64,000 bases of DNA, taken from assembly GCA_964632485.1 (NCBI GenBank), contig CAZWDO010000003.1, positions 218,204 through 282,203 of the forward strand, read 5' to 3'. The stretch is from an uncultured bacterium (lineage in GTDB: Bacteria > JAGOEH01). Shown here in pieces: positions 47,332 through 57,959 of this stretch (the stretch's first letter is position 1; each line of letters opens with the position of its first letter). Under the pieces are notes generated by a model that saw nothing but the letters and a program-made list of their open reading frames with translations, was not told the DNA's origin and searched no databases. The position numbers and the translations under genes were made by a program.

Positions 47332-48047
47332 ATCCATTTCCGATCGACCTGCATATTCATTCTGTGCTCTCTCCCTGCGCGGATTTAAATATGTCTCCAC
47401 GGATGATTGAACCGTTTTTAGTGAAATATGGGATTCGTATGATAGCGATCGCCGATCATAATTCTGTGTTGAATTATCCGGCATTTGTTCAGTTCGAACA
47501 GCGAGGAATCACCATCATTCCGGCAATGGAGCTGACTACACGTGAAGAACTGCATTTGTTGTGCTATTTTCCGGACTATGCATCGGCATTGCGCTGGCAA
47601 AGCCGCGTGGACCAATTGAGACTTCCGTTGCCAAATTCCTCCGGACTGTTTGGAGAACAATTGATTATCAATGAGAATGAAGAGATCATCGGCGAAGAGC
47701 CGATCCTGCTCAACCAGGCGATTGCAATTTCGCTGGAGGATGCCGTTGAGAGTATTCATCAGTTGGGCGGGCTTGCGGTTCCGGCGCATGCGGAAAAACC
47801 GCGGTTCAGTGTTGTTTCCCAATTGGGATTTCTACCGTCCGATCTGGCGGTGGACGGATTGGAACTCTTTGATCCCCAGTCGCTCGACATTTATCAGACA
47901 CACTATTCTGTGATTTTTTCTTCCGATGCTCATGCGTTGGAGATGTTAAGGCCGCCGCGTACCTGTTTGTGGGCGGAACGTCCGGTTTTTGACGAGTTGA
48001 AATTGGCTTTTGCGCGTCAGGCTGGAAGGTATTTTCAAACATTATGA
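47328..48047 (+). CDS. PHP-domain phosphoesterase
   Basis: IDLHIHSVLSPCAD...IADHN...AHAEKP give the His/Asp-rich PHP signature. ATGA coupling. Confidence 0.65.
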   Translation: MNPFPIDLHIHSVLSPCADLNMSPRMIEPFLVKYGIRMIAIADHNSVLNYPAFVQFEQRGITIIPAMELTTREELHLLCYFPDYASALRWQSRVDQLRLPLPNSSGLFGEQLIINENEEIIGEEPILLNQAIAISLEDAVESIHQLGGLAVPAHAEKPRFSVVSQLGFLPSDLAVDGLELFDPQSLDIYQTHYSVIFSSDAHALEMLRPPRTCLWAERPVFDELKLAFARQAGRYFQTL

Positions 48048-48616
48048 TGAAAGAAATTTCCCTTCATCTGCTGGATTTACTCGAGAACTGTGTGAAGGCA
48101 GAAGCCACCTGCGTTTCTCTGGCAATATCCATCGATACGCGTATGGACCGATTGTCGGTGGAACTGAAGGATAATGGTAAAGGAATTCCGCCTGCAATGC
48201 TGGATAAAGTGTTTGACCCTTTTTATACCACGCGAACAACCCGGCGAATCGGTTTAGGCCTGCCCTTGATCCGTCAGACAGTAGAGGCTTGTGAAGGTTC
48301 CCTAACACTCGATTCCCATGAAGGGGAGGGAACTGAATTGTGTTTCCAGATGCGTTACTCGCACTGGGATCGGCCCCCCATGGGGAATCTGGTCGATACG
48401 TTGCTAACTTTTTTAATTGGAAATAAATATATTGACTTTTATTATAAACATGATTATAATAAGTCGTTATTTGTTTTTTCAACGAAGGATTTGGAAGCGG
48501 AACTTGGAGATTTGGGGTTTCTGGATCAACCGGAAGTATATGAATTTTTGCGTCAATATTTGTGGGAAAACTTAACCGCTATTTATGGAGGAGATACTAA
48601 TGAAGTCACTAGCTGA
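48044..48616 (+). CDS. GHKL-type ATP-binding protein (histidine-kinase-like ATPase, no HisKA)
   Basis: HLLDLLENCVKA...LKDNGKGIP...RRIGLGLPLIRQ. ATGA coupling. Confidence 0.55.
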   Translation: MMKEISLHLLDLLENCVKAEATCVSLAISIDTRMDRLSVELKDNGKGIPPAMLDKVFDPFYTTRTTRRIGLGLPLIRQTVEACEGSLTLDSHEGEGTELCFQMRYSHWDRPPMGNLVDTLLTFLIGNKYIDFYYKHDYNKSLFVFSTKDLEAELGDLGFLDQPEVYEFLRQYLWENLTAIYGGDTNEVTS

Positions 48617-48977
48617 TTTACGAGCGATCAAGGAAAAGGCTTTGAAGAATATGCAATCGCGGGAGAGTGGGCAGGCAAGATTTCGGATTGTGGTTGGAAT
48701 GGGAACCTGTGGGATTGCTGCTGGCGCGCGCGATGTTTTACGGGCAATTATGGATGAAATCCAAAAACGGGATTTGATCAACGATGTGGTTGTAACTCAG
48801 AGCGGTTGCGCCGGGTTTTGTACCAATGAGCCTATGATCGTCGTCCACGATGCTAAGGGCAATCAGGTCACTTATGAATTAGTTGATCCCGAAAAGATTT
48901 GTCGGATTTTCGATGATCATATTGGCCGTAATGTTGTCGTTAGCGAATATGTTTTCAATATTCAAACCAAAGGGTAA
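48600..48977 (+). CDS. Thioredoxin-like [2Fe-2S] ferredoxin (NuoE/HndA-related small subunit)
   Basis: RBS GGAGGA before ATG 48600. VGMGTCGIAAGA...QSGCAGFCTNEPMIVV resembles the NuoE-type cluster-binding segments. Confidence 0.5.
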   Translation: MKSLADLRAIKEKALKNMQSRESGQARFRIVVGMGTCGIAAGARDVLRAIMDEIQKRDLINDVVVTQSGCAGFCTNEPMIVVHDAKGNQVTYELVDPEKICRIFDDHIGRNVVVSEYVFNIQTKG

Positions 48978-48985
48978 TTTGGGTG

Positions 48986-49204
48986 ATGAGTAAGCTCAGT
49001 TTTGAGGAAAATCTTTCCCAACTTGAAAAAATTGTGGAGCAGATGGAGAAAGGCAATGTGACTCTGGAGGAATCGCTGGAACTTTTTGAAAAAGGGATCA
49101 AACTTACGCATGAATGTCAAAAATCTCTCGATAAAGCAGAAACGAAAGTTCGAACTCTGATCAAAGATGAGGCTGATGGGTATCAATTACAATTGTTGGA
49201 TTGA
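48986..49204 (+). CDS. xseB: Exodeoxyribonuclease VII small subunit
   Basis: SFEENLSQLEKIVEQMEKGNVTLEESLELFEKGIKL is a canonical XseB sequence. Confidence 0.8.
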   Translation: MSKLSFEENLSQLEKIVEQMEKGNVTLEESLELFEKGIKLTHECQKSLDKAETKVRTLIKDEADGYQLQLLD

Positions 49205-49212
49205 GGTTTCCG

Positions 49213-50094
49213 ATGGAATTTAAAGAACTGGTTGGGTCGTTAACAGAAATTCAGCGGCGGGTAGATGTTGAGTTAAGTTGTTTGTTGCCCCGGGAAGATT
49301 GCGCGCCGCCCCGCATCCATCAGGCTATGCGCTATTCCATTTTTGCCGGAGGCAAACGGCTGCGTCCATTTTTAGTCTGGCTGGGCGCCCAGGCAGCGGG
49401 AGGCAGGATAGATGATCGGCGGGTTTTTGCAGTAGGCGCCGCGTTAGAGATGATCCATACTTATACACTCATCCATGATGATTTGCCATGTATGGACGAC
49501 GATGATTTGAGGCGCGGAAAACCAACTTGTCATAAACAGTTCGACGAAGCGACCGCGGTCCTGGCAGGTGATGCGCTTTATGCCCAGGCGTTTGTGGTTC
49601 TGGCTGAATCAGCCAACTTGCCAGTCATTAAGTTAATCGCTGATATGAGCGGATCCTGTGGGATTGTTGGCGGTCAAATTATGGATATTGCGGCTGAAGG
49701 TCAGTCGGTGACTCCGGAGATGTTAGAATATATCCATACGCATAAAACCGCGTTATTTATCAGCAGCTCCCTCCAGGCCGGCGCGATGCTTATTGACCCT
49801 GATCATTTTATGATCCCCTGTTTGAAAGAATATGGTGATCGTATCGGCCTGGCTTTTCAGATCGTGGACGATATTTTAGATATTACCAGTAGCGAAGAGA
49901 TGCTCGGTAAACCTATCGGGTCTGATGTCGGGCTAAATAAAGCGACCTATCCCGCTCTTTTCGGTTTGGAAATTTCCCGACAAAAAGCGCAAAATCTGAT
50001 TGCCGAAGCCCTGGAAATTGTCCGGAGAGATCAACTGAGTCCGCAAATTATCTATACGCAACTGGCTCAATATTTCATCGAACGGCAACATTGA
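49213..50094 (+). CDS. ispA: Polyprenyl (farnesyl/geranylgeranyl) diphosphate synthase
   Basis: FARM motif LIHDDLPCMDDDDLRRG and SARM motif FQIVDDILD. xseB-ispA synteny is conserved. Confidence 0.8.
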   Translation: MEFKELVGSLTEIQRRVDVELSCLLPREDCAPPRIHQAMRYSIFAGGKRLRPFLVWLGAQAAGGRIDDRRVFAVGAALEMIHTYTLIHDDLPCMDDDDLRRGKPTCHKQFDEATAVLAGDALYAQAFVVLAESANLPVIKLIADMSGSCGIVGGQIMDIAAEGQSVTPEMLEYIHTHKTALFISSSLQAGAMLIDPDHFMIPCLKEYGDRIGLAFQIVDDILDITSSEEMLGKPIGSDVGLNKATYPALFGLEISRQKAQNLIAEALEIVRRDQLSPQIIYTQLAQYFIERQH

Positions 50095-50101
50095 ACACAC
50101 T

Positions 50102-51052
50102 ATGGAAATATTTTTAGCGACCTTTCAATCGATCGCCACCCTTCTGGGTCTGGGATTTATTGGTTTTATCATTATTGCGCGTCGGATTGTCCCGCAAAAC
50201 ATCAGTTTGGTTCTTTCCACATTAGCGATTGATATTGCATTGCCATTGCTGGTTTTTGAAAATATTATCACCCAATTTAATCCCGAAAAACAAAGCAATT
50301 GGTGGCTTTTTCCATTATCCTGGGCAGGATTTATGCTGGCGCAACTGGTTTTAACCCGGCTTTCTGTACGATTCAGCGGAACAAAGTTTCCCCGGGAATT
50401 GGGAATGGCTCTTTTTTACCAGAACGCTACCTTTGTACCTCTGGCAATTATTACCGGGCTGTGGGGAATGGATAGTTCAATGCTTTCTTATTTGTTTTTA
50501 TTTACACTTTTCAACGCTACTCTCCTTTTCTCCACATACCATCTTTTTTTTAACCAGCAGGAACAAAAAATTAATTTGCGCAAAATTGTGAACAATGTTT
50601 TATTAGCGACAATTGTCGCTTTGTTGCTTAGTTTAACCCATTTGCAGCTTTGGATTCCCAAATTTGTGGTTGCTGTTAGCCGGATGGTTGGAAATATGGC
50701 ATTGCCTCTGTTGATGTTTGTTTTGGGGGGAAGCATCTATATCGATTTTAAAGAACGTGGAAAATTGTATTGGGGCGAGATTTTGCGTTTTTTTCTACTG
50801 AAGAATATTCTGTTCCCGTTTGTGTTTATCGGATTGTTATGGATCATAAAACCTGCGCCGGAACTAAGTTGGCTCATATTTATCGAGAGCGCGGTTCCTC
50901 CGATCATCTCTGTTTCGATTTTTACCCAGATGTGTGGAGGAAATCGACAAATCGCTAATCAATATCTTGTTGCCAGTTTTTTGGGATCATTGGTTTCGAT
51001 TCCCTTTTTATCCTGGATTTATTCGTTAGTGTTAACTATCCCATCAATGTAG
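50102..51052 (+). CDS. AEC (auxin-efflux-carrier) family membrane transporter
   Basis: Ten-TM protein with an N-terminus typical of AEC/malate-permease-like transporters. Confidence 0.65.
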   Translation: MEIFLATFQSIATLLGLGFIGFIIIARRIVPQNISLVLSTLAIDIALPLLVFENIITQFNPEKQSNWWLFPLSWAGFMLAQLVLTRLSVRFSGTKFPRELGMALFYQNATFVPLAIITGLWGMDSSMLSYLFLFTLFNATLLFSTYHLFFNQQEQKINLRKIVNNVLLATIVALLLSLTHLQLWIPKFVVAVSRMVGNMALPLLMFVLGGSIYIDFKERGKLYWGEILRFFLLKNILFPFVFIGLLWIIKPAPELSWLIFIESAVPPIISVSIFTQMCGGNRQIANQYLVASFLGSLVSIPFLSWIYSLVLTIPSM

Positions 51053-51061
51053 GAATATTTT

Positions 51062-51508
51062 ATGGAAATAATACCGATAGAAATTAAGATTTTATGTCCC
51101 GAACGGAATATAAATTTACCGCGTTATATGACGACCCATGCCGCCGGAATGGATGTGTCCGCGTGTTTAGATGAACCCTATTCTTTGAATGCGGGTAGGA
51201 TTGGATTGATCCCTACCGGCATCGCTTTGGGGATTCCTGATGGTTACGAAATCCAGGTACGACCTCGTAGTGGACTGGCGATCAAACATGGAATTGGCGT
51301 GTTAAATTCACCGGGAACGATTGATGCGGATTATCGGGGTGAATTGAAAGTGATTGTGTTTAATTTTAGCGAAACCGATTTTGTCATCCAACATGGAGAC
51401 CGGATTGCTCAACTGGTGGTTGCCAAGGTATTTCACGGTCAGTGGCTGGAAGTGAATGAACTTGCCGCCACATCACGGGGTGAAGGCGGTTTCGGGCATA
51501 CCGGATAA
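51062..51508 (+). CDS. dut: dUTP diphosphatase
   Basis: AGMDV...RPRSGLA...[10 protein letters not shown]...RIAQLV are dUTPase motifs 1-5. Confidence 0.85.
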   Translation: MEIIPIEIKILCPERNINLPRYMTTHAAGMDVSACLDEPYSLNAGRIGLIPTGIALGIPDGYEIQVRPRSGLAIKHGIGVLNSPGTIDADYRGELKVIVFNFSETDFVIQHGDRIAQLVVAKVFHGQWLEVNELAATSRGEGGFGHTG

Positions 51509-51733
51509 AATGAACGAGAAATAGTTCAGCAAGCGGTAACCCATTGGATGTTTTCAGATTTCATTGATTCTACTTAGTTATTATGGATTTGAACGTTATC
51601 AATAATATCCCTTGATTTGCTATAATGTCAGTATGAAAGTTAGGATTTAATATAGTATTTATTTAATAGTATGTGAAGGTGTAGCTATTTTATAAAGTAA
51701 AGAGTCAACGATTTAAATATTTGTTTTTGCTGC

Positions 51734-51762
51734 TTGACAAGAATGAGTCAATGTGTTATATT
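51734..51762 (+). promoter_or_regulatory. Sigma70-type promoter upstream of the small ORF and mutase cluster
   Basis: TTGACA - 17 bp - TATATT. Confidence 0.4.
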
Positions 51763-51819
51763 TAGTTACATGGTTTTAGTTAACGTTGGCTATTAACAGT
51801 AATTATTACAGGAGCCGGT

Positions 51820-52107
51820 ATGAGTATTGACGAACTGACAATTCGGTGGGAGGATGAGAATGGCGTGGAAGCGACCCGGGAGATTGATAAAGTTGTTTTG
51901 ACTCGGGGAATGTGGGTCACGATTATGTTTCTTTATCAGGTATTAGACAAGAAGACAGAAGAGTATGGAGAGCCTCAAGCCCGTATTGTACGTTATAAAA
52001 AGATCAAAGAGAATTATGTCGCGCAGAGTAAATTTAATATTTCCGGTAAAAAGCAGGCGATGCAGATCGTTGAACAACTGCAGCGCTGGTATAGCCCTCA
52101 GGAATGA
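51820..52107 (+). CDS. Small hypothetical protein (95 aa)
   Basis: ORF with a reasonable RBS (ACAGGAG) directly upstream of the mutase gene. No recognisable motif. Confidence 0.4.
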   Translation: MSIDELTIRWEDENGVEATREIDKVVLTRGMWVTIMFLYQVLDKKTEEYGEPQARIVRYKKIKENYVAQSKFNISGKKQAMQIVEQLQRWYSPQE

Positions 52108-52122
52108 GAAGGAGGAAAACGG

Positions 52123-53790
52123 ATGAACTATGAAGAGATGAAAAACCGTCAGGATGAGTGGCGGGAAAAAACACTGAAAAAATTTGTTGCCAAAGTACCG
52201 GAGCAGCGTTCTGTATTCCTTACCGGTTCATCGGAAGAAGTGGATACTCTTTATACTCCAGTTGATGTTAATGCTGACACATATTTGGATGAAATTGGAT
52301 TCCCCGGCCAGTACCCCTTTACTCGGGGTATTTATCCCAATATGTATCGCGGCCGTTTTTGGACCATGCGTCAATATGCAGGTTTTGGAACGGCAGAGCA
52401 ATCCAATCAACGCTACAAATATTTGTTGGAACAAGGTCAAACCGGACTTTCCGTTGCTTTTGATCTGCCTACCCAGATTGGTTATGATTCCGATCACCCT
52501 TTATCCGAAGGTGAAGTGGGAAAGGTGGGCGTCGCCATTGACAGTTTACATGATATGGAAATTCTTTTCGATGGGATTCCCCTGAATAAGGTTTCCACGT
52601 CGATGACAATTAATGCGCCGGCGGCGATTCTTCTCGCTATGTTAATCGCGGTGGCGGAAAAACAGGGAGTGCCGGCATCCGAATTGCGGGGGACGATTCA
52701 AAATGATATTTTAAAAGAGTATATCGCCCGGGGCACTTATATATTCCCCCCCAAGCCTTCTATGCGTTTAATTGTTGATACTTTTGCCTATTGCGCCAAG
52801 GAATTGCCTAAATGGAATACGATCAGTATAAGTGGGTATCATATTCGTGAAGCGGGATCAACAGCCGCGCAGGAAGTGGCGTTTACGCTAGCCGATGGAA
52901 TTGAGTATTGTCGGGCGGCGCAGAAAGCGGGTATGGATATAGACGAATTTGCCGGCCAGTTGAGTTTTTTCTTTAATGCCCATAACGATTTGCTGGAAGA
53001 AGTCGCCAAGTTCCGAGCGGCTCGACGACTTTGGGCAAAAATCATGAAAGACAAACTACAGGCCAAAAATCCCAAGTCCATGATGCTGCGCTTCCATACG
53101 CAGACCGCCGGTTCAACCTTGACGGCTCAGCAACCGGAAAATAACGTCATTCGCGTTACACTTCAAGCGTTAGCCGCTGTGCTGGGGGGTACGCAGAGTC
53201 TGCATACAAATTCATTGGATGAAGCGCTGGCGCTTCCTACGGAAAAATCAGTTCAAACTGCTTTGCGCACTCAACAGGTAATCGCGCATGAATCAGGCGT
53301 GATTAGTAATGTTGATCCGTTGGCTGGTTCCTATTATGTTGAATCCCTGACTGATAAAATCGAAAATCAAGCCCGCGCTTATATTGAAGAAATTGAAGGG
53401 ATGGGCGGGATGGTCGGCGCTATTGAACGTGGATATGTCCAAAAAGAGATTCAACGCTCTGCCTATCAGTACCAACAGCAGATTGAGAAACAGGAACGGA
53501 TTATTGTTGGGATGAACAAATTTTCAGTAAAGGAAGAACCGCCAAAAGACCTTTTAAAAGTTGATCCTGCGATTCAGGGAACACAAATAGACAAAATCGA
53601 AGCTGTTAAAAACCGTCGGAACGCTGACGAAGTCCAGAGAATTTTAAGGGAAATCGAAATCGCTGCGCAGGGGACGGATAATCTGTTGCCTTTGTTTGTA
53701 AAAGCGGTAAAAGCCTATGCGACTCTGGGTGAAATTTGCGGCGCATTACGCGCGGTTTTTGGCGAATATGAAGCTCAAGTCTTTTTTTAA
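52123..53790 (+). CDS. Methylmalonyl-CoA mutase, large (catalytic, TIM-barrel) subunit
   Basis: [53 protein letters not shown] is a signature MCM substrate-domain sequence. Confidence 0.85.
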   Translation: MNYEEMKNRQDEWREKTLKKFVAKVPEQRSVFLTGSSEEVDTLYTPVDVNADTYLDEIGFPGQYPFTRGIYPNMYRGRFWTMRQYAGFGTAEQSNQRYKYLLEQGQTGLSVAFDLPTQIGYDSDHPLSEGEVGKVGVAIDSLHDMEILFDGIPLNKVSTSMTINAPAAILLAMLIAVAEKQGVPASELRGTIQNDILKEYIARGTYIFPPKPSMRLIVDTFAYCAKELPKWNTISISGYHIREAGSTAAQEVAFTLADGIEYCRAAQKAGMDIDEFAGQLSFFFNAHNDLLEEVAKFRAARRLWAKIMKDKLQAKNPKSMMLRFHTQTAGSTLTAQQPENNVIRVTLQALAAVLGGTQSLHTNSLDEALALPTEKSVQTALRTQQVIAHESGVISNVDPLAGSYYVESLTDKIENQARAYIEEIEGMGGMVGAIERGYVQKEIQRSAYQYQQQIEKQERIIVGMNKFSVKEEPPKDLLKVDPAIQGTQIDKIEAVKNRRNADEVQRILREIEIAAQGTDNLLPLFVKAVKAYATLGEICGALRAVFGEYEAQVFF

Positions 53791-53801
53791 GGAGAGATGC
53801 T

Positions 53802-54215
53802 ATGGATAAAAATAAAATTCGGATTTTAATCGCAAAAGCGGGCCTGGATGGCCATGATCGGGGCGCTAAATATATCGCCCAGGCTTTGCGTGATCGCGGG
53901 TATGAAGTCATCTATACTGGAATTCGTAAAACTCCGGAGGAAATTGCTAATATTGCCATCCAGGAAGACGCGCGTTTTGTGGGATTGAGCCTGCTCTCAG
54001 GCGCTCATAATCAGCTTTTTCCCAAGGTTGTCCAATTGCTGATGGAAAAAGGCGCGGATGATATTATCGTTTTTGGTGGCGGAGTGATCCCCGTTGATGA
54101 TATTCCCTTTCTTAAGAGCCAGGGTATCCGGGGAGTTTTTGGTCCCGGCACCACAATCGATGAGATGGAAATTTTTATCGATGAATGTTTGAACGAGAGA
54201 GCTGCGTTTGCATAA
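53802..54215 (+). CDS. Methylmalonyl-CoA mutase B12-binding subunit
   Basis: IRILIAKAGLDGHDRGAKYIAQALRDRGYEVIY gives the DxHxxG cobalamin-binding motif. Confidence 0.85.
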   Translation: MDKNKIRILIAKAGLDGHDRGAKYIAQALRDRGYEVIYTGIRKTPEEIANIAIQEDARFVGLSLLSGAHNQLFPKVVQLLMEKGADDIIVFGGGVIPVDDIPFLKSQGIRGVFGPGTTIDEMEIFIDECLNERAAFA

Positions 54216-54216
54216 T

Positions 54217-55203
54217 ATGGAGCAATTGGCGGAAGGATTTCGCCGTCGCGAGTTGCGCGCCTTAGCCAGGGCTATAAGCTTAGCTGAAAATGATCCTGTT
54301 TCTGCCAGCGTGTTTATAAAGAATTTTGCTTCATCCCCAATGACCGGTTCTGGCCGGCCCAGCCGAGTGATTGGGTTGACCGGCGCTCCGGGAGCGGGAA
54401 AGAGTACCCTAATTCGGGCGTTGCTGGAAGAAAGTCAAAAAAATGAACAACGTATCGCCGTTCTGGCAGTGGACCCCAGCAGTCCTTTCTCCGGTGGCGC
54501 GCTGCTGGGTGACCGATTGCGCATGACAGTGAAAAATTGGGATCCCGAACGTGTGTTTATTCGTAGCCTTTCCGCCCGGGGACATTTGGGTGGACTTTCT
54601 CAAGGGATTCGAACTTCCATTCGATTGCTTCAATATTACGATTTTGACTGGATTTTGCTGGAAACTGTTGGGGTCGGGCAGGATGAAATTGAAGTGGTCT
54701 ATTTAGCCGATTGCGTGATTGTGGTTTTAGTACCGGGTTTGGGCGATGAAATCCAGGCAATGAAAGCGGGATTGATGGAAATCGCCGACCTTTTTGTCGT
54801 CAATAAATGTCTGAATAGTGGCGCGGATAAACTGGTGGGTGAGCTGGAAGGAATGATCGCCTTTTCACCCCGCTATGAACAACCTGGAATCTGGCGGCCT
54901 CCGGTAAAGGTTACAGATGCCTTGCATTGTATTGGAATTAACGAACTTTGGGAAACGTTACCACAACTCTTTAACGATCCGTTATTTAAAGGGCATTACC
55001 AAAAAAAAGTTGCGCGGCAGTATCGTTTTTATATTGAGAACAGTGTGCATGCGGCGTGTGATTATTGGCTGAAAAAAAAATTAGATGAGGTTGAATGGCA
55101 TGAATTGGACGAGAAACAGTTTTTACTTTTAGCCGAACAGACATTGGATGAAGTTACCGAATCATTATATATGCAAAGGAGTTATTATGTTAAAAAAAAT
55201 TGA
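54217..55203 (+). CDS. meaB: Methylmalonyl-CoA mutase-associated GTPase MeaB/ArgK
   Basis: GLTGAPGAGKSTLI (P-loop), LETVGVGQDE and VVNKCL. Confidence 0.85.
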   Translation: MEQLAEGFRRRELRALARAISLAENDPVSASVFIKNFASSPMTGSGRPSRVIGLTGAPGAGKSTLIRALLEESQKNEQRIAVLAVDPSSPFSGGALLGDRLRMTVKNWDPERVFIRSLSARGHLGGLSQGIRTSIRLLQYYDFDWILLETVGVGQDEIEVVYLADCVIVVLVPGLGDEIQAMKAGLMEIADLFVVNKCLNSGADKLVGELEGMIAFSPRYEQPGIWRPPVKVTDALHCIGINELWETLPQLFNDPLFKGHYQKKVARQYRFYIENSVHAACDYWLKKKLDEVEWHELDEKQFLLLAEQTLDEVTESLYMQRSYYVKKN

Positions 55204-55597
55204 CCATATCGGGATCGCGGTCAGTTCATTGAGCGAGAGTGTCCCCGTTTTCCAGAAGATGGGGTTGAGCTATTTGGGAGAAGAAGAAGTGGCAGAACAA
55301 AAAGTAAAAGTAGCGTTTTTTGATATTGGCGGTGTACATATTGAATTACTGGAACCAACCGCCCCAGATAGCCCCATCGCGATCTTTCTTGAAAAAAAAG
55401 GTCAGGGCATTCATCATCTGGCCCTCGAATCAGATGGTCTGGAACAGGAAATTAACCAATTGATCAGTAATGGAATCAGTATGATTGACATGAAACCCCG
55501 GACGGGAGCCCATAATAGCAAGATCGCTTTTATTCATCCCAAATCGAGCGCAAAGGTATTAACTGAATTATGCGAACACTGTAGCGAGGGACATTGA
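55187..55597 (+). CDS. mce: Methylmalonyl-CoA epimerase (VOC/glyoxalase fold)
   Basis: IDHIGIAV...HIELLEP...GIHHLA. Start inferred at the ATG with an AAAGGAG RBS. Confidence 0.8.
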   Translation: MLKKIDHIGIAVSSLSESVPVFQKMGLSYLGEEEVAEQKVKVAFFDIGGVHIELLEPTAPDSPIAIFLEKKGQGIHHLALESDGLEQEINQLISNGISMIDMKPRTGAHNSKIAFIHPKSSAKVLTELCEHCSEGH

Positions 55598-55598
55598 G

Positions 55599-57149
55599 AT
55601 GGCGATGAATGAGGCGATTCAAGAATTGAATGAACGGCGGAATCGCGCGTTGCTGGCCGGTGGAGAAAAAAGGTTGAGTTCCCAGCGTCAAAAAGGGAAA
55701 ATGACAGCGCGTGAACGCATCGAGACGCTTTTAGATGCCGATAGTTTTGTTGAATTGGATATGCTTAAGCAGCATCGGTGTCATGATTTTGATTTGGAGA
55801 ATGAAAAATATCTGACTGATGGAGTGATCACTGGTTTCGGCCGGATTCAGGGTCGGAAGGTTTTTGTTTTTTCACAGGATTTTACAATTTTTGGCGGTTC
55901 TCTTTCGGCAACCTTTGCCGAAAAAATCAATAAAATTATGGATTTAGCGGCGAAAACCGGATGTCCCGTCATCGGTCTCAATGATTCAGGTGGCGCTCGT
56001 ATCCAGGAAGGAATGGAATCTCTGGCCGGTTATGCGGAAATTTTCTTGCGGAACGTGATCTATTCAGGAGTGGTGCCCCAAATCAGCGTGATTATGGGAC
56101 CTTGCGCGGGTGGAGCTGTATATTCTCCCGCTATCACCGATTTTATTATAATGGTTAAGGATATCAGCTATATGTTTGTGACCGGCCCTAAAGTCGTTAA
56201 AACAGTTACCAATGAAGAAGTGACAACTGAGGAGCTGGGCGGCGCAATGATCCATGCAGGGAAAAGCGGTGTAACTCATTTTGTTGCTCAAAATGATCAG
56301 GACGCTTTAGAATTATTGAGGCGTCTGCTTGGTTATTTGCCGTCTAATAATGTTGAAAATCCGCCTTTTATATCCAATTCTGATCCTCTCGATCGCCTGA
56401 CTCCTGAATTGAATGCGCTGATTCCTGAGAATCCGAATAAACCTTATGATATGCGGGTTGTAATTTTACGCACGGTGGATAATGGAGAGTTCCTCGAAGT
56501 CCACCGCAACTGGGCTGAAAATATTATCGTTGGATTTGCCCGTTTAGGTGGATATTCAATTGGTATAATCGCCAATCAACCAATGGTTATGGCGGGTGTG
56601 CTGGACAATAACAGCTCACGCAAGGCGGCTCGTTTTGTGCGGTTTTGCGATGCATTTAATATTCCGCTGGTGACGTTTGTGGATGTGCCGGGTTTTATGC
56701 CGGGAACCATCCAGGAATATAATGGAATTATCATCAATGGCGCCAAATTATTGTATGCGTATGCCGAAGCAACCGTACCCAAACTGACGGTCATTACGCG
56801 TAAAGCTTATGGTGGGGCGTATGATGTAATGAGTTCAAAGCATATTCGCGGGGATCTCAATTTTGCCTGGCCGACCGCTGAAATTGCCGTTATGGGCCCT
56901 AAGGGGGCTGTGGAAATCCTTTATGCCAAGCAGATCAAAGCCGCTGTGAATGGAGTGGAAGAAGCCGCCCAACTGGAAGAAGAGTATCGACGCCTGTTCG
57001 CAAATCCTTGGCGCGCAGCGGAGCGCGGCTATGTGGATGATGTTATTGAACCCATGGGTACGCGGCTGATGCTGATCCGCGGATTGCAGATGCTCGAAAA
57101 TAAACATGATGAAAACCCACCTCGCAAACATGGTAATATACCCTTGTAA
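55599..57149 (+). CDS. Methylmalonyl-CoA carboxyltransferase (propionyl-CoA carboxylase beta / methylmalonyl-CoA decarboxylase alpha family)
   Basis: Two crotonase-like CT domains: ...GGARIQEG...[13 protein letters not shown]... and GGAYDVM. Confidence 0.85.
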   Translation: MAMNEAIQELNERRNRALLAGGEKRLSSQRQKGKMTARERIETLLDADSFVELDMLKQHRCHDFDLENEKYLTDGVITGFGRIQGRKVFVFSQDFTIFGGSLSATFAEKINKIMDLAAKTGCPVIGLNDSGGARIQEGMESLAGYAEIFLRNVIYSGVVPQISVIMGPCAGGAVYSPAITDFIIMVKDISYMFVTGPKVVKTVTNEEVTTEELGGAMIHAGKSGVTHFVAQNDQDALELLRRLLGYLPSNNVENPPFISNSDPLDRLTPELNALIPENPNKPYDMRVVILRTVDNGEFLEVHRNWAENIIVGFARLGGYSIGIIANQPMVMAGVLDNNSSRKAARFVRFCDAFNIPLVTFVDVPGFMPGTIQEYNGIIINGAKLLYAYAEATVPKLTVITRKAYGGAYDVMSSKHIRGDLNFAWPTAEIAVMGPKGAVEILYAKQIKAAVNGVEEAAQLEEEYRRLFANPWRAAERGYVDDVIEPMGTRLMLIRGLQMLENKHDENPPRKHGNIPL

Positions 57150-57161
57150 GGAGGATGAATA

Positions 57162-57509
57162 ATGATGGATATTGTCCGTCAGAGTATGTTGATCTGTGTG
57201 ATTGGACTATCAATCGTGTTTTTTGGACTGTTTCTGCTCTTTGTTATGACACGTCTGGTCAGCCGGCTTTTTAATTTAAAACCCCCACGGGTGATGTCGG
57301 AAGTCAGAACTCCGTCGGAAAGCGATGGTCAAACAGCATCGATTCAAGTACGGAGCGCTGATCCTATGGAAGAAATCGCTGCTATCTGCGCTGTATTGCT
57401 CTCCTTGAAAAAGAAACCAGTTTCCAAAAAGATCAGTGAGCCGGTTTTTAATCCCTGGGTGTATCAAAAACGCCTATCCGCTATGCCTCTTCATAAAAGG
57501 AAACACTAA
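57162..57509 (+). CDS. Small membrane subunit (OadG/MmdD-like) of the biotin-dependent decarboxylase
   Basis: Single N-terminal TM (LICVIGLSIVFFGLFLLFV); position between the carboxyltransferase and BCCP. Confidence 0.5.
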   Translation: MMDIVRQSMLICVIGLSIVFFGLFLLFVMTRLVSRLFNLKPPRVMSEVRTPSESDGQTASIQVRSADPMEEIAAICAVLLSLKKKPVSKKISEPVFNPWVYQKRLSAMPLHKRKH

Positions 57510-57510
57510 T

Positions 57511-57948
57511 ATGGAACAATACCAGTTTGAAATTAATGATCATACATATCATACGATCATCAAGCATAAAACGTATAATCGGATGGATGTGGAAGTCAAT
57601 GGCCAACTGTATAGCGTAAAAATCAATGCAAGTATGCCGACCGTAGAAAAACCGGAAGAATCGAAGGGTTCCGATGAATCAAATCTATCGACAGTTTCAT
57701 CTACCGGCACATCATCTTCGGCCATTAAACAGAATGCTAATATCCTGCCTTCTCCCTTGCCCGGAATGGTGACCCGGGTCAATGTTCGCCTGGAGCAGGA
57801 AATTAAAAATGGTGATCTGATTTGTACGATGGAAGCGATGAAAATGGAAAATGAAATTCGTTCATTTCGCGATGGACGGGTAACCAATATTTTTATTAAA
57901 GTCGGGGATGCGCTGCAAGAAGGCGCTCCGATTTGTGAAATCTCTTAA
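57511..57948 (+). CDS. Biotin carboxyl carrier protein (biotinyl domain subunit)
   Basis: TMEAMKMENEI biotinylation motif (the Lys in AMKM). Confidence 0.8.
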   Translation: MEQYQFEINDHTYHTIIKHKTYNRMDVEVNGQLYSVKINASMPTVEKPEESKGSDESNLSTVSSTGTSSSAIKQNANILPSPLPGMVTRVNVRLEQEIKNGDLICTMEAMKMENEIRSFRDGRVTNIFIKVGDALQEGAPICEIS

Positions 57949-57959
57949 AGGGGAATCTT

